This document shows positions 37,624-50,974 of a stretch of DNA of 64,000 nucleotides, in pieces. The stretch is from the NCBI GenBank assembly GCA_000320545.1, contig ADNK01002459.1, positions 1 to 64,000 of the forward strand, in the 5' to 3' direction. The stretch is from Bigelowiella natans CCMP2755. Lineage: Eukaryota > Protista > Cercozoa. Within the stretch, counting starts at the first letter, position 1. Every line of letters begins with the position of its first letter. The notes under the pieces are model-generated. The model searched no databases. It had not been told where the DNA came from and saw nothing but the letters and a program-made list of their open reading frames with translations. The position numbers and the translations under genes are program-made.

Positions 37624-39576
37624 TCAAAATCCAATGCAACACGCTGCTGCTTGGTTTTCAGGATTGCTTTTGTCGTTATTTACTCCGAGCAGCGAAGACT
37701 CTCTGATGGCTTCCACAATCTCCTCAGTATATTCATTCTCATTCTTGAACTGAAATGATTTGTATAGGTCTCTCTCCACCTTCGACTCATTTAATGTGTG
37801 AAACTTACTACACTTGATTTTTGTGGTGCGCACGGGCTTCGGTCTTGGTATGAATGGGGACTTGATCTCCATATTAGCAAGCTTTGCCCAATCGATCACA
37901 GCAAAGAAGGGATGGTTTTTAATATCCTGCACACCACCATGGCCTAGTCGCTCTTCAGGTTTGACCTTTAATAGCTTGGAAATTAAGTCCCTTGCATCCT
38001 GATCGATATCCTCAGGATAAACCACTTTTGCGACAATACGTTCTTGTTTGGGGTCTTTCCTGGCAATTTGTTGGTCAATCTTCTTACAGCAGAAAGGAGA
38101 CCAATGTGGAGAAGCATCACCTTGCTTCCCTCTGAATGGTTTCAGCGGGTCCGGTATTGATCTCGCATACAGCATCGTGTAGACAAGCACGCCCAGCGTC
38201 CAGTAATCTGTTGTCTTTCCCAGAGGCAATCGAGACATAATCTCTGGCGACCAACATCCTGGGGTCCCAGCTGAGTGACGGATGCATTTCCCATTCTTCG
38301 GAAGCTCGATGACAAGACCCAAGTCAGTGATTTTGCAGTGGCCAGACTCAGTTAGTAACACGTTGGAGGGCTTCAAGTCACGGTACAGATAGCCATGATC
38401 ATGGATGTGCTGCAGTCCAAGTATCACCTCTGCTGCATAGAACCGTGCGCGGGGAAGCGAAAAGGCTGCCTTCTCAAGATGTTGGAGGAGATCGCCACCC
38501 GAGCACATCTCAAACACAAGGTGAAGAGCTTGGGTGCTCTGGAATGCGTAGTTCAAGTTTAAGGCGAATGGACAGCGCATCCTTGACAGCGCGGTCATTT
38601 CATTCTTCACGAGCCACCCAAGGTTTTTTTCCCGGATCAAGGTCTTCGGGATTTCCTTCATTGCAAAGAGGCTTTTGGAGTCCTTCTTTTTGACGGCTAC
38701 GACACGACCAAACCCCCCTTTTCCGAGCATCTTCACCCGAGTAAAGTCTTTGAGTGTAACTTTCTTGTCGCTCATGTATTGGAAAAGCTGCACGAATCGG
38801 ATGAAGCTGGTACTGACCATAAAGAGAGGATATACCGAACGCAACAATTCGGCTACATATTGGTAGTTCCAATTGAATAGTTGTTTTTTAAATACACCTG
38901 TGGAGACGATCTTCTGGGCAACGGGAGCAATGGGTAGGATAATGCCTTTTTTGGAGGTGTTCACAAGCTTTGTCATGAGAAGCTCCACCTCATAACCAGG
39001 ATGCTTGAGTGCTGCCTCAACCCTTTGTAGGTGCTTGAATACTAACTCAACATCTGCGCGAGTTGGCGCCGTCTTCATACTGCGATATCTATCAGCTACA
39101 GAGAGAAACTGCATCAACGAGCACAGGTTTCGTTTTGCCAGGAATTCGGTGAAGTAGTACTTGGCGAGTTTATTGGTACAGCATGACTCAAAACTAGGAA
39201 AGCGTGTCTTCATATGTGAGATTTTCTTTCCCAATCTCCAAGAGCTCCTGAGCTTAAAATTAGGTTTCTCATGTGCTCGATGGTGGAAACTGTTGTAGCT
39301 GTGGACGAGCATTGTAAATTTGGGTAGATCAGCAGCAGGGGACGGTGGAGGAACGCTCGAGCTGAGGGCTACATCGCTGCTGCTAGTAGTAACCTGACGA
39401 CTGGGCAGAGATTTTCTTTGAACCATTGTCTCAACGGCGATAATTATTCCTTTTTTACGACGAGATCCCTGAAAGAGAGGGGAGACGGGGGGGTGAGGAC
39501 TTGAAATTAGGACCTGTCGAGAGGACAGCTGAAATGTGAATCCACGGTTGGAGGAAGCAGTCGCGCGACGACCCAT
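37624..39576 (-). CDS. G-protein-coupled receptor kinase-like (RGS-homology domain + AGC kinase), intronless, C-terminal CaaX
   Basis: RH segment FESCCTNKLAKYYFTEFL; kinase motifs LGKGGFG, FAMK, YRDLKPSN, DLG (GRK-type), AGTPG; AGC tail PF.P; ends CCIGF. Confidence 0.88.
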   Translation of the reverse strand: MGRRATASSNRGFTFQLSSRQVLISSPHPPVSPLFQGSRRKKGIIIAVETMVQRKSLPSRQVTTSSSDVALSSSVPPPSPAADLPKFTMLVHSYNSFHHRAHEKPNFKLRSSWRLGKKISHMKTRFPSFESCCTNKLAKYYFTEFLAKRNLCSLMQFLSVADRYRSMKTAPTRADVELVFKHLQRVEAALKHPGYEVELLMTKLVNTSKKGIILPIAPVAQKIVSTGVFKKQLFNWNYQYVAELLRSVYPLFMVSTSFIRFVQLFQYMSDKKVTLKDFTRVKMLGKGGFGRVVAVKKKDSKSLFAMKEIPKTLIREKNLGWLVKNEMTALSRMRCPFALNLNYAFQSTQALHLVFEMCSGGDLLQHLEKAAFSLPRARFYAAEVILGLQHIHDHGYLYRDLKPSNVLLTESGHCKITDLGLVIELPKNGKCIRHSAGTPGCWSPEIMSRLPLGKTTDYWTLGVLVYTMLYARSIPDPLKPFRGKQGDASPHWSPFCCKKIDQQIARKDPKQERIVAKVVYPEDIDQDARDLISKLLKVKPEERLGHGGVQDIKNHPFFAVIDWAKLANMEIKSPFIPRPKPVRTTKIKCSKFHTLNESKVERDLYKSFQFKNENEYTEEIVEAIRESSLLGVNNDKSNPENQAAACCIGF

Positions 39577-40528
39577 AATTGGAAGCACTTTTTTATGGTA
39601 AAATTACCTAATTAGAAACAGATTGTCTTCGCTTCCGAGAACAGCAGGCCCCTGGCGGAAAGAGTGTCATCGTGTAGATCTGCTTGCGAAATTGCAAAAT
39701 TAGATGCGATGACTTACCTGTGGGGCTCTGATCTCACTGAGTTCCCGAATTTATAATGTCGTACGACGGAAATCGCCTGTCATTCTTCGCGGCGGACGCA
39801 TTTGTAATGGGTTACAAAGTGTCTTCGTGTTGTTTCAGTATGCAATGCAGGCTCGACACTCCTGGGAAATCTATTTTTGAACTCGCATCTCTCACTATTT
39901 CTTGGTGTACAAACTAAAAGACAAACGGCATTAACATCCTTGCCTCCTTGTCGTAAAAGAAAAGTGTCATGAATTTAGATTATTGCGTGGATCTTCGGCA
40001 GGAAAATAATTTGAATTGTACAAAGTTGAAAAAGTAAGTCATTTTTTTAATACATGTTTATCCCGATATGTAACATTTTATTCCTCAATATTACCCTTGT
40101 TGTTATTTTCATGCGAGAGAGCAAACACAAGTTAATTTAGATAGAAAATATACAGATATTTCCAGTTGGAATGTGTCATTTGTATGAGATATTACCTTGT
40201 AACGTGAAAATCTGAAAGTCAACCTGCCACGAATCAGAACTGGTGTTAATTCCTTCAAGACACAAAGACGTGGCCAGGCACTTGAAGGGTTTTGCGCTTC
40301 TTTCTATTTATCACCCTGTTTAGAGCTTTCCAGGATAGTTTATATCACATGCTATTGATATGAGCATGCTTCTACCCTTTCAAAAAAAGTGTCGCTGGTC
40401 TTTGTCCTGGATAATGGTATGCTGTTTTGGTGGCAAACCTCGAGAATCCACTATATTTTCGGCTAGATCTGCACCAATATAGTGCAACGTATACATCGCA
40501 TTAAATTTTTAAATTCATATATCTTCAG

Positions 40529-40890
40529 GTCAACTGCCCGACTCCAGGTTCAACATGGACGGGATCTTGCTCTTCTTACTCTTATTGGTATTTGAATGTC
40601 CACTCAAGGAACAATACATGGAAGATTGAGTTCATTTATCTTTTCAGGCTATCATAATAGCAGCAATGGCCATAATAATGTCGTATAGAAGAAGAGCTAT
40701 GCGAGGGGAGGATGATATTGAGATGTGGGGTACTCAACGAACTGTAATCAGGTCACATTTATGTTGATTCTATTCTTCAGATTTTTCAAATTTGAGGACA
40801 AAAAAATCGTCGAATGTTCTTTCACATCAAAAATTTGCTATATTCTAGGCATGAGGGGGGGATATAACAGAATCTTCGAGGTAGAAGCCT
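40529..40890 (+). CDS. Possible 3' exons of a small single-pass membrane protein
   Basis: GT-AG exons join to DGILLFLLLLAIIIAAMAIIMSYRRRAMRG (a TM helix followed by a basic stop-transfer). Upstream exons not resolved. Confidence 0.3.
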
Positions 40891-41239
40891 CTGTGTCAAT
40901 GTGTCTAAAATTTCAGAGAATAATGAGTTGGGACTCCAAAATTTTTGATCAAGGATTTAAGGTTCATGGCTATTTTGAAATAATTGGAATGATGAATGTT
41001 GACTGGGATCTCTACGAGTGGTGCCAGGCTTCCACTAGGATGAACAATGTAACATGTATCAGCAGCCGGAACGATCAACCAAATATGCATCCTGCTCACA
41101 CGATGCATGCTAGCCAGGCACATGATGCTATTAGCGTCAGTTGCGGCTGGAATGTCGATGATTAGCTCGTTTCTGTAACGGTTGGTCTTCAGGTGCTACG
41201 AATTCAATGCCACACTGAGATATGCTATATGTCTTTATG

Positions 41240-42050
41240 TTTGTTCGCTTCGTGTCATGATTGAGTGCATCCGCCGCGGTGATGCTTCAGCCCAACTAGC
41301 CACGCTAGCACGTGCGCTGCCGCTGGCACGTTGCAGGCTGGCGTATCATCGCTGCATACATTCTGCAAGCGCACATTAAATCGAAGTCATGATGCATAGT
41401 CGTGCGCTGCATTTCATGCGCATGCAAGTGCCCGAAAATGACGTTCTAGTCACAACTCTCAGCTCTGCATGCCAGCATGTCTGGCTGCGCAGGCACTCCC
41501 TAGCTCCAGCAGGCATTCTAGCTACGACAAATTTCATGCATGATGATCGAAAGTCATGACAACAGAAACGATCAAACACAATTTTGAGCGCTGTGCTACA
41601 CTATGGCTGCACGCACAGGCCGCTGCTTTGCACAGTCACATCAGGATAACCATTGAAAGTGTTTTTGATTCCCTAGATTCGTGCGCATGTGTTGCATCCG
41701 TCTCACAAGCTCACAAGCACTGCGTCATGTTGTCGCAGCGCAGCGTGCATGTGCGCGCAGCGCCGCGCTGCATCGCGGCGGTGCTTGCCTTTCGACACTG
41801 CGCCTTTTTCATCAGAACACTGTGCACGAAGACACGAAGACACCGCCTCCGAAATGGGGCAGAGCCCTTGAAGATCATGCCGCGTGCGCATGTGGCGAAC
41901 GTGTGCAGTTCAATTTTGCATGCACGCATGTGTCCTCAACATCACATGTGGTTTCTAATGTTGGACGATGAGCACCGTTTGACAATTGAATCGATACTAG
42001 CATCGATGATGAAAGAGGCAATTAAATCGATACTAGTGTCACATCGATGA
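41240..42050. other. TpA-depleted, TGCA/CATG-rich intergenic tract
   Basis: No TA in 41676-41955; most nearby TA are in CTAG or CTA; CpG is retained. Confidence 0.85.
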
Positions 42051-42155
42051 TGAAAGAGTCAAACACCACAACTCCACAACCACCACCACAGCCTTGAAAA
42101 ACAACTTGTGGGGTCATCGTTGTTGAGTTAGAGTGGTTCTTTGTTTTGTTAGCTG

Positions 42156-44404
42156 TCATCTAGAGCTTTCCATCATAGCGCCCATGGTTGTAGCTACCTC
42201 CGCTTCTATGGTTTCCTTCTTCTTATTATCCTTGCTGTTTCCCCCCGGCTGTCGTGGGCCATGGGTCAGCTTCGGGCTGCTGATTGTGGTCTTAGTGCCT
42301 GTCACGTTGCTGATCTTCGGTGACTGGAGCGTAGGATTTGCAGTGCCTGGAGAGGGGTATGAAAGATTCATGAAAGAAGAGGGAGTGAAGTTGCCTGGCT
42401 GGGCTACGGGAATTTGATTGGCACTCTTTCCAGAACCAGGTTGCGTCCACACAGGTGATATTTCTGTTAGTCCTGAAGGCAATCCCCCGGACGTAAGCGG
42501 GGGCAGGCCAGCCGAACTAAGTGGTCTGTTGCAGGGATGTCGAGCCGAGCCCAGAACAGAAGGGGGAGCATTTGCTGATTCTGCTGAACTTAGCTCCACC
42601 ACCTTTCTGTTCGGCTTTCCTAGGGACGAAAGATTGAGGGATTCTGGGATGGAGGAGAGAACGTGCAGTCAGTACAAATTTTGGTATTTAAAAACGTTTT
42701 TTAGTTATTTGATTCACGTACTTAGTTGCTGGCCACGGCGAAGGCTCAACGGTTTCTTTTGATCTATGTTTGGGCTTTTTGCCTGGGCGCCAGAAGCCTC
42801 CATCGTGCTGGTTACAGATACTGCTGCTGTAGACGTAGAAGCTTCAGGGTGTCCAGGAATACGGTTAAAAGATTGCATTTTGCCGTTCGGATTCGTCTAA
42901 AGGGGTAAATGTAATTAATATTAACAACACTTAACAATTAAATCTTTATAAGGGATCCTCCCAATTCAATTATGTGGTGGAATATTGGCATCATCATAAT
43001 TATTATATCATTATCAGCGCAACTACCGGAGTGAATCTCCAACCAAAAGGGGAGAGGGAAGTTTGCTCCCCAAACGACTGACTGACTTGCTGCGAGTCTG
43101 TGCTGAAGAAGGAGGAAGGGGAGGGGGGGACCCTTGGCGCACCTGGTTGGGCTGCCGGTGTCGCAAAGATGGTAGTGGGGGTGGTTGTGGTAGGAGTCTG
43201 CTGTATAGTCGCTTGGCCAGCTGTTGCCGTTATGAGTGGTTGAACACCGTTGATGAGTTGCTGGTTGGCAGCACCATCATCTTTGGGATCTGGGATTACG
43301 ACTTGTCTAATCGAGGGCGTAAACTTGCGTTTTTGTAAGAGACTCGTCCCACTTCCTCGTGCTTGAGCACCGCTTGACGACGACGCACTTGACGCCCTAT
43401 TGAAGCCCTGGAGGTTGTGGGGGTCAGTCAGCGAGCTGCCCTTCACGTCAGCAGAAGAATTTTGCAGGAAGTTCTGATTATTTGAGTGAAATTATGGTGA
43501 GTGGAGAAAACATGACATATCATATCCATGGGCCTACTTCTATTTGCTTTGGCGTAAAAGTAGACTATACATAAACTCTACATACAGTGCGTCCTTCAAC
43601 GTTAGGACTGGAAATTAGAGCGTGGACACGCTGCCTCTTTGTAGGCATCCCTCCTTGGTTTTGCAGCTGTCGTATGAACCTCTGTTGGGCCTGTTGAAAG
43701 GGCAGCCTTGCTGCTGCTGCTTCTGCCGCTGCCATTTGTCTCTGGAATTCGACAGGATCCGCGTTTAAAGCTGGAAAAGGGGGTGGTGCTGCGTGCATGA
43801 TATTGTTATTGCTTCGGCGTCCGCAGTGGTGGCAGGGGAGGCTCCTCAACTTTTCCTTTTTTCCACTTCCCTTGAACGAACTTGCTCGTCCAGGCTGGAG
43901 ATGGTAGATCTGGTTTTGGATTGAGGGTTATCAATTAGCGGAATGATACTTCATAATTAAAAAATGAAACAAGTAGCGAAGTCCAAGAAAAGGTTATCAA
44001 GCATGATGTGTACTATGAGGCAGCATGTATAGAGCTAGACATAATGTTTAACCACGATTACAAATTACATCGTTATTATCGAGATTCTCGTAGCTACCCT
44101 CGAAATCATGATACCTGTTTGGTAGAATATGTCAGACAACGCGAAATACAATTCAGTAGGGGAAAACAATTTTAGCAGGGGGGGAAACAATTTCATCCAC
44201 CTTCGGATTAGGTCATCAATATTCGAACTGGAATATATATTCATTTTGTCGTCGAAGAAGACCATTAGGCCAACCTCACAGCCGCAGAGAATCGAAAGTT
44301 CCATTGCTGTAAAGAAAAGCTAAGATTACTTGGAAACCATAAAGAGTATAACTCCAAGCTCCTCCATAAAATATATACTAAAACCTTTTATTTTTTAAGT
44401 AACA

Positions 44405-44455
<51 letters not shown>

Positions 44456-44840
44456 GCGTGTAGCATTTCTAGAACTCAACGGTCTGATAGCATCGGGCGG
44501 GAAGTTTTAATGAGAGAGAAATACCTTTCTTCATCAGACCCACTCTTCTTTTGTTGAACGTGACCTGGAATTAGAATGTAATCAGTTTAAAGTCTAAGGC
44601 TAGGTGCCACTGATATTAGAATGTGATTAATCTTAAGTCCAAAGCTTGGTGTCGTAAAAGGGTTGTAAAAGCAAGAGTTCTTCATTACATGACGATTCTT
44701 CTCTGAAGAGATCTTCTTGATATCAATCTTTTTCCTTCCCACTGAAAACAAAACACCAATCAGGCTCGTACGAATCATAAAGATATAAAATCATGTTTAT
44801 AAAAGCACACAGGGCAAAGGCCACACAGGCAAGTTGTACT
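42156..44840 (-). CDS. MEF2-type (type II) MADS-box transcription factor
   Basis: Spliced (M)[60 protein letters not shown], followed by a low-complexity P/S/Q-rich C-terminus. Confidence 0.92.
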
Positions 44841-45923
44841 TGTCACAGGAAGTCGCTTCTGAAGCGTGTGATTTGTGATCGCAACTAGAAACAAAATAAG
44901 AAGACAACTTGACTTAGTTTGAAGTAAAACAGCAATCTCCCATATGGTACAGAAATAGAAACTCCAGGATAATCATAGGTTCTCTCTCTCTTGTTACTTT
45001 GTAGCGAGGGTGCTGGACGAGACTGGATGGTAATGGGTTGTAATGGGTTGCCTTGCTTTTTGGATTCTGAGAAGCGAGGCTCTCTTTCCAAAACACGGGT
45101 GGTTGCAACACGCACAATTTCGTGATTTTATCTCAGATGTTCAGAGAAAATGCTTACGATTTTCCCCATATTCAAATTCGGTATGTTGTCGCAGTGCGAA
45201 ACATTACGGCGTCCAAGAAACAGTAAGTTTTCTGAATAGTGGTGCGCTCTTCCAAATTTAAATCTGCCTAAAAAAATCCGGCTCTCAATTTTGATTTCAG
45301 ATTTTCTTGAAGTCCTCTGAATAGGAAAATACATGGAGTTAATTAATTGAATGCCCCAGCAGTCCTGTCGTTCACGAATTTTGATTTACATTTATGCATG
45401 TTCTGCATTAAAAAAAAGGTGCTATTGTCGGTGGACAAATTCTTCGTACTGATGGAGCTGGTTTTAAGTCAAACAATCTGAAAAAGCATTATTAACGATA
45501 CGAAGTTCAATACTCCACAAACAAAATCTTGTATCTATTTATAGCAAAAATTTGTATTTTTTTTGGTGATTGTTGTGTTTTGCGAACTTTGAATCTTTTT
45601 AGGCAAATTGGATGGGCAATGCTATCTGGAGCTCTGTTCAGATGCGAACTTCCAAAACTCAATGCATTTTTTCATTTTCGTGATTCTTGAACACTGAAAA
45701 AATCAGACTCATGATCGCAAACGCTGTTTAGGGTGGGACGGAATTGGACACAAACTTGACCCAATTTTTTCAAAGTGCAGCGAAAGACCAAGGTGCAATG
45801 TCCGTTTGCAAGAGTCGAACATCTCCTCCTGCCAGGTCTCTGCATTGTCTTTGGTTCCGTTCTTAGCAAACACTTTGGTTGGTCTTTTTTTCGTACTGGA
45901 AACTTCCTGGGGTCTTATGAATC

Positions 45924-46063
45924 TGTCCGACGTGTCCGAATGTGTCCGAAGATTATAGTTATTATGTCCCTTAGAATTTCCGAAGGTGTCCGAAGATGTA
46001 TATATGTGTCCGAAGATGACCTATAATATTATGTCCGAATACTGTCCGTATGTTGTCGTCCGA
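45924..46063 (+). promoter_or_regulatory. Cluster of direct TGTCCGA motifs in the divergent MADS / lycopene cyclase intergenic region
   Basis: Exact copies at 45924, 45933, 45943, 45987, 46007 and 46032, plus variants at about 45978, 46043 and 46057. Function is inferred. Confidence 0.5.
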
Positions 46064-46491
46064 AAAATGATGTAGAATTTTATGTCTCATATATTCCCTC
46101 AAAACAGGGACTCCAAAACAGCGGCAGGAAGTGTGAACGAGGTGGCAACGGGGCAGAAGGACAAGTGCCAGACGAGGGAGTTTTGGAGTCTGCGACAACA
46201 TTTTTTTTCAAAATTCCTTCCCAACCAGTGTCCGATGCTTTTTTTTCTGAAGTTGCTGAAAACATGATGTCGCTGCCATGTGTTCTCCTTGAGATTCTAC
46301 GTGTGTTTCAGCGGCGCTCTAAAGGCTCTTTTTGTGGATGTGAGTGCGCTGTTTTCCTGCAACTGTGTTGTTGCCAAAAGAGGGACGCTGCTCGGCCGAC
46401 CGGGCAAGATGATCGGCGATAAGAAATCCGTTTCTACTTAATACGGAATATATCTGAATAATTCTGTCCTAAAACAAAACCATACGACAAA

Positions 46492-47464
46492 ATGGCCACC
46501 CACCGGCCCCTACCTTTCAGGCCCAGGTAGTATACGTTCGATGAAGCCTACACCTCGCACCTTGTATTTATCAAACATATACTTTATTTTAAGTTTCGTG
46601 TAAGCTTTTGCCTTTTCGAAATGCAATGGGAAAAGAGAGAAAGGTCTCGGGGGGCGTTAATGACTGTTGCCTGATTAGGTCGGCCGCTCCTTCACTTGGC
46701 CCTCTTGGTTTAGCACTGTTTCTTGTCTCTGGAGTGTTTATTACTCTGGGGGGGGTGAAAAGGGGGCAGGGGATCACAGATTTGGGGAGCAAGCCGGCTA
46801 TTAGGACGAGAAATACAATTGCTTCACCATCGTCGTTGTCAAGACCAGCGACCCATGCCGCTCGAAACGCGATTCCCCAGCCATGGCGAACGTCTCCAAT
46901 ATCTGCCAACCAAAAACGAAGATGGCAATCGTCGTCACCTGTTTCTTTTGCGCAGCTTGAGGGAAGCGCAGAAGGCGGAGGCGAGGTGCAGGAAGGCCTA
47001 GAAAAGAAGAACATGCCGGAACAGCTTGATTTCGAGAGCGAACTTAAACCGTTTTCCTACGGCAAGGATACCGAGAACGCCTTTGACCTCCTCGTCGTAG
47101 GATGCGGCCCCGCTGGCTTAGGAGTTGCAGATGAGGCAGCAAGGAGAGGTCTCAAAGTCGGTGTTGTTGACCCGAACCCTCTCCAGAGATGGCCGAACAA
47201 CTACGGCGTTTGGGTCGACGAATTCGAACAGATGGGGCATGAAGACTGCTTTCTCCGTACCTGGGACAGCGCACAAGTCATAACAAAGCAGGATGAAATC
47301 CATAAGCCTACACGTTTATATCGGCCGTATGCTCAAGTTGACCGCGACAAGCTCAAGAAGAAGCTGCTTGCTCGCGCTACCGACTATGGGGCGGAATTTA
47401 AGACGGGTATTGCTAATATAAATATAGGATTCCTTCTGCCGAACAATTCATTGCTATACTTATA

Positions 47465-47551
<87 letters not shown>

Positions 47552-48300
47552 TTGCTGCTCATCCCCCCATCCAGGAGCCGTGTCAGGTGTGGATCACGAA
47601 TTTGACGTATCAATCGTCCGCGTTGGGAAAGAAAACGTCTTTGCAAGACAGGTGCATGGTGGTAGTTTTTGCCTTCCTTTCTACCAGTCGCAACACGAGT
47701 ATAACACAGTGGGAGATGAAGATGAAGAAGAGGAGGAGGAGGAGGAAAAAGAGAGGGAGGGAGGAAAATCGGCAGTAATTCATTGGCGGCAGCGCAAACG
47801 CACCCGTCGTCACATATTATACAATATATATATATATATATTGATGCACAAACACAGGTGCTAGATGCCACAGGGCATCTCCGCAAGCTAGTTGAATTCG
47901 AGCGCGAATTCACACCAGGCTACCAGGCCGCTTATGGGGCTACGTTGGTGGTTGATAGCCATCCGTATGACCTTGATTCGATGATGTTCATGGACTGGCG
48001 TGACGATCATCTGGATGAAGAACTCAAAGCACGAAATGATAGGCTACCGACATTTCTATATGTCATGCCTTATACGAGGAATAAGATATTCGTGGAGGAA
48101 ACATCCCTTGTTGCGCGCCCATTCGTGCCTTTTGACGATCTCAAGCAGAGGTAATGCTGGGTTACTCATGCATTCTATAAGATGCATGCAGCAGCTTCGT
48201 GTAGAAAGAAAATGGGCAATGCAATATCGAGAGTTGTATGTCCTCTAAGTTCCTCCCTCTTCCTCTCTTTCCGTACTTCCTCTAGATCTTGCCGCACTTC

Positions 48301-48334
<34 letters not shown>

Positions 48335-50798
48335 TATCATTGTGCTGCTGCTGCATATCTTCCTGATTAATCAGGCTGCAGCAACGATTGAGCAAGATGG
48401 GCATCGTGGTGCGTGAAGTGGAAGATGAGGAGTACTGCCTAATCCCAATGGGAGGAGTGTTACCGAAGCTGCCTCAAAGAGTGCTAGGGATCGGTGGGAC
48501 TGCGGGCATGGTCCACCCTGCTACGGTACACGACAAAACGAACAACTAAATGCATCATTATCACCACAGCAGCAGCGGCGAGAGCGCCAGAGGAGACATT
48601 CTTATTGTAGCAGTAGTGGCGGTGGCAGTAGTAGTAGTAGTAGTAGTAGTAGTAGTTAGGGTGTGAGGAGAGACGCATAGCGGAACATGCTCCCCGACCT
48701 TGCAGCTGCAGTTATGAGAAAGTTTCAATGTGTTAGCTGATTTATGACCGACGACATGTTAAATCAAAACATTATCGGCAGTTGGGGAAGCAATAGGGGG
48801 GTGAGGACAACGCACTTTTAGTTGTTAAATCAAATACGGCAGGTTGTACCTCACTTGTACTCCTCTTTCTCTTTCTCTTTCTCCCCCCCCTCTATAGGGC
48901 TACATGGTGTCAAAGTCGTTGCTACAGGCCCCCACACTTGTAGACGCTATCATACGGGGATTTGAACAATCGTCGTCGTCGTCTTCCGCCTCCAGCCCTT
49001 CAACAATGAACGCCACAGATGTCTCCGTAGGGGTATGGAGCTCGATTTGGCCGGAAGAGGACCGACGGCAGCGCACATTCATGTGTTTCGGAATGGAGAT
49101 TCTTATGCAGCTTGACTCCAAAACAACACGTCGATTCTTTGAAACCTTCTTCCGCTTGCCACAGGAGATGTGGGGTACGACTACCTAGTTTCCATGCTAC
49201 TATTTTCTGGATATTAGCAGCATCTTCTCACGAATTTTTTCGTGTTTGATTTACACCATCAAATTCTGTTGTAAGCAGCTTGTCTTCTTTGTTGTTGTAA
49301 AATAAGCAATAATCCCACCACAAAAACGCAAGTTTCACGGGTTTCACTTTCGCGGGGAGGTGGTTTCCCCCCATGTCTAAAGAAAAACCATACTTTTATT
49401 GGTGGTGGTGATTCTAGATGACGATCTCCGTGTTGTTGCAGCACATAAGTCATCTTTTGTTTGGACCTTTGTCATAGTTTTGACAACAATTCACCACTAA
49501 TTCTTCTCTCTCCTCCTCCTCTAAGGTGGGTTTCTCTCGTGGCGAATATCGTCAATGGGACTACTTGGAATCGGCTTGTCCATATTCCGCACTGCTTCCA
49601 ACCGACTTCGATGTGCGTGCTGTATATCGTCTGTGTGTTTGTGTGCGTGCTACGGATCCAAAATGTAAAATACGTTTCGGCCTTGCTTGCATGCAAGCCA
49701 GAGTGTTGTGTTTGCAATTATCTCTTCGATCCTTGGTATCTTCCTCCTCCTCCTCCTCCTCCCGCTTCCTCTATCTTCCTCTCATCTGTGCGATTTATAG
49801 CGCTCTGAAAAACTCACATGATCACTGCAACTGCTGCTACAATATATCTTACCCCAATATTCCAGTCGATTTCGTTCGGAACGCTCTTCCTTTCATGCCA
49901 TCGTTCATCAAGACGTTTGCTACCGCCAGTAACGATTTTAACTCAGAAGCATGGTCTGGAATCATGGATTTGGCCAACAGCGTAAGTCACTTAAAGCAGC
50001 AGCAGCAGCAGCAGCAGCAGGAGGAGGAGGAGGAGGAGGGGCACATTCGAGTCTTAAATAGTATTTTTTTGAAATATTCTCTATGCTTTCCCCCTCTCCC
50101 CCCTTCAAACGGATTTTGACTTCTTCGTTGGCAGCTCTGGAATGTTCCTGGAGGAGGCATCTACCCACATGATCTGGTAGGCGCACTTCCGAGCGGAACT
50201 AAGGGTGAAAATCCTACAAAAAAACCCATACGATCAAGCAACATTGACTTCGCAAAGCTGATGGAAGAGGTGCAGGGAGAGGGGACCATTAGAAGCAAAG
50301 TTGAAAGTCAGAAACGCCCCAACGACGAGTCAAACGGTGGCGACGGTACTGGCAAAAAGGATGGGAGCAAAGGGATTGGTATAGATGCCTCGAAGCTGGT
50401 TCTGAGCCAGGTCAACCATGCAATGCTGTGCGGCATCGTTACCTCATCCTGCCCTCTAATCAATCCCGAATCACACGATGATTTCGTTCTTTTGTTGGCA
50501 CTATTGCGCTGCTATGTCTGTCTCTTTTTTGATCTTCTCACTTCACCACGATACCTTGCAACCATTACCAGGTCCCTTACCTGCAGGAAGGCCCTCCAAG
50601 CACCCCCCCCGCAGATTTGAGAGAACTAAAGAGCGCGTCTTCATGGACGGATGACCGCGAGTGGATTCGATACCAGCAGGAAAAGCTGTTTGATGAGCAG
50701 CCCAAGCTCGTCGAGTCCCTCCCCCCTCTCAACCCCAATGATGAGGTGCGAACGTCGTTTTCTTCTGTCGGATATGGAAAGAGATAGCAAAGGCTCTA

Positions 50799-50831
<33 letters not shown>

Positions 50832-50938
50832 GGAAGAATATATTGAAAAAGATAGTTTGTTATTGTTTTGCGGGTGGCGTGATGATGGTGTACTTACTGC
50901 CACTGCTGCTTCTCCTCCTCCTCCTCGTCCTCCTAATA

Positions 50939-50974
<36 letters not shown>

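Noticed and set aside
41986-42062. About 40-bp tandem duplication (aatcgatactag..catcgatgatgaaagag) with a C-box-like TGATGA
   Set aside because: No matching D box or terminal stem for a snoRNA; only two units, so not CRISPR-like; a simple local duplication.
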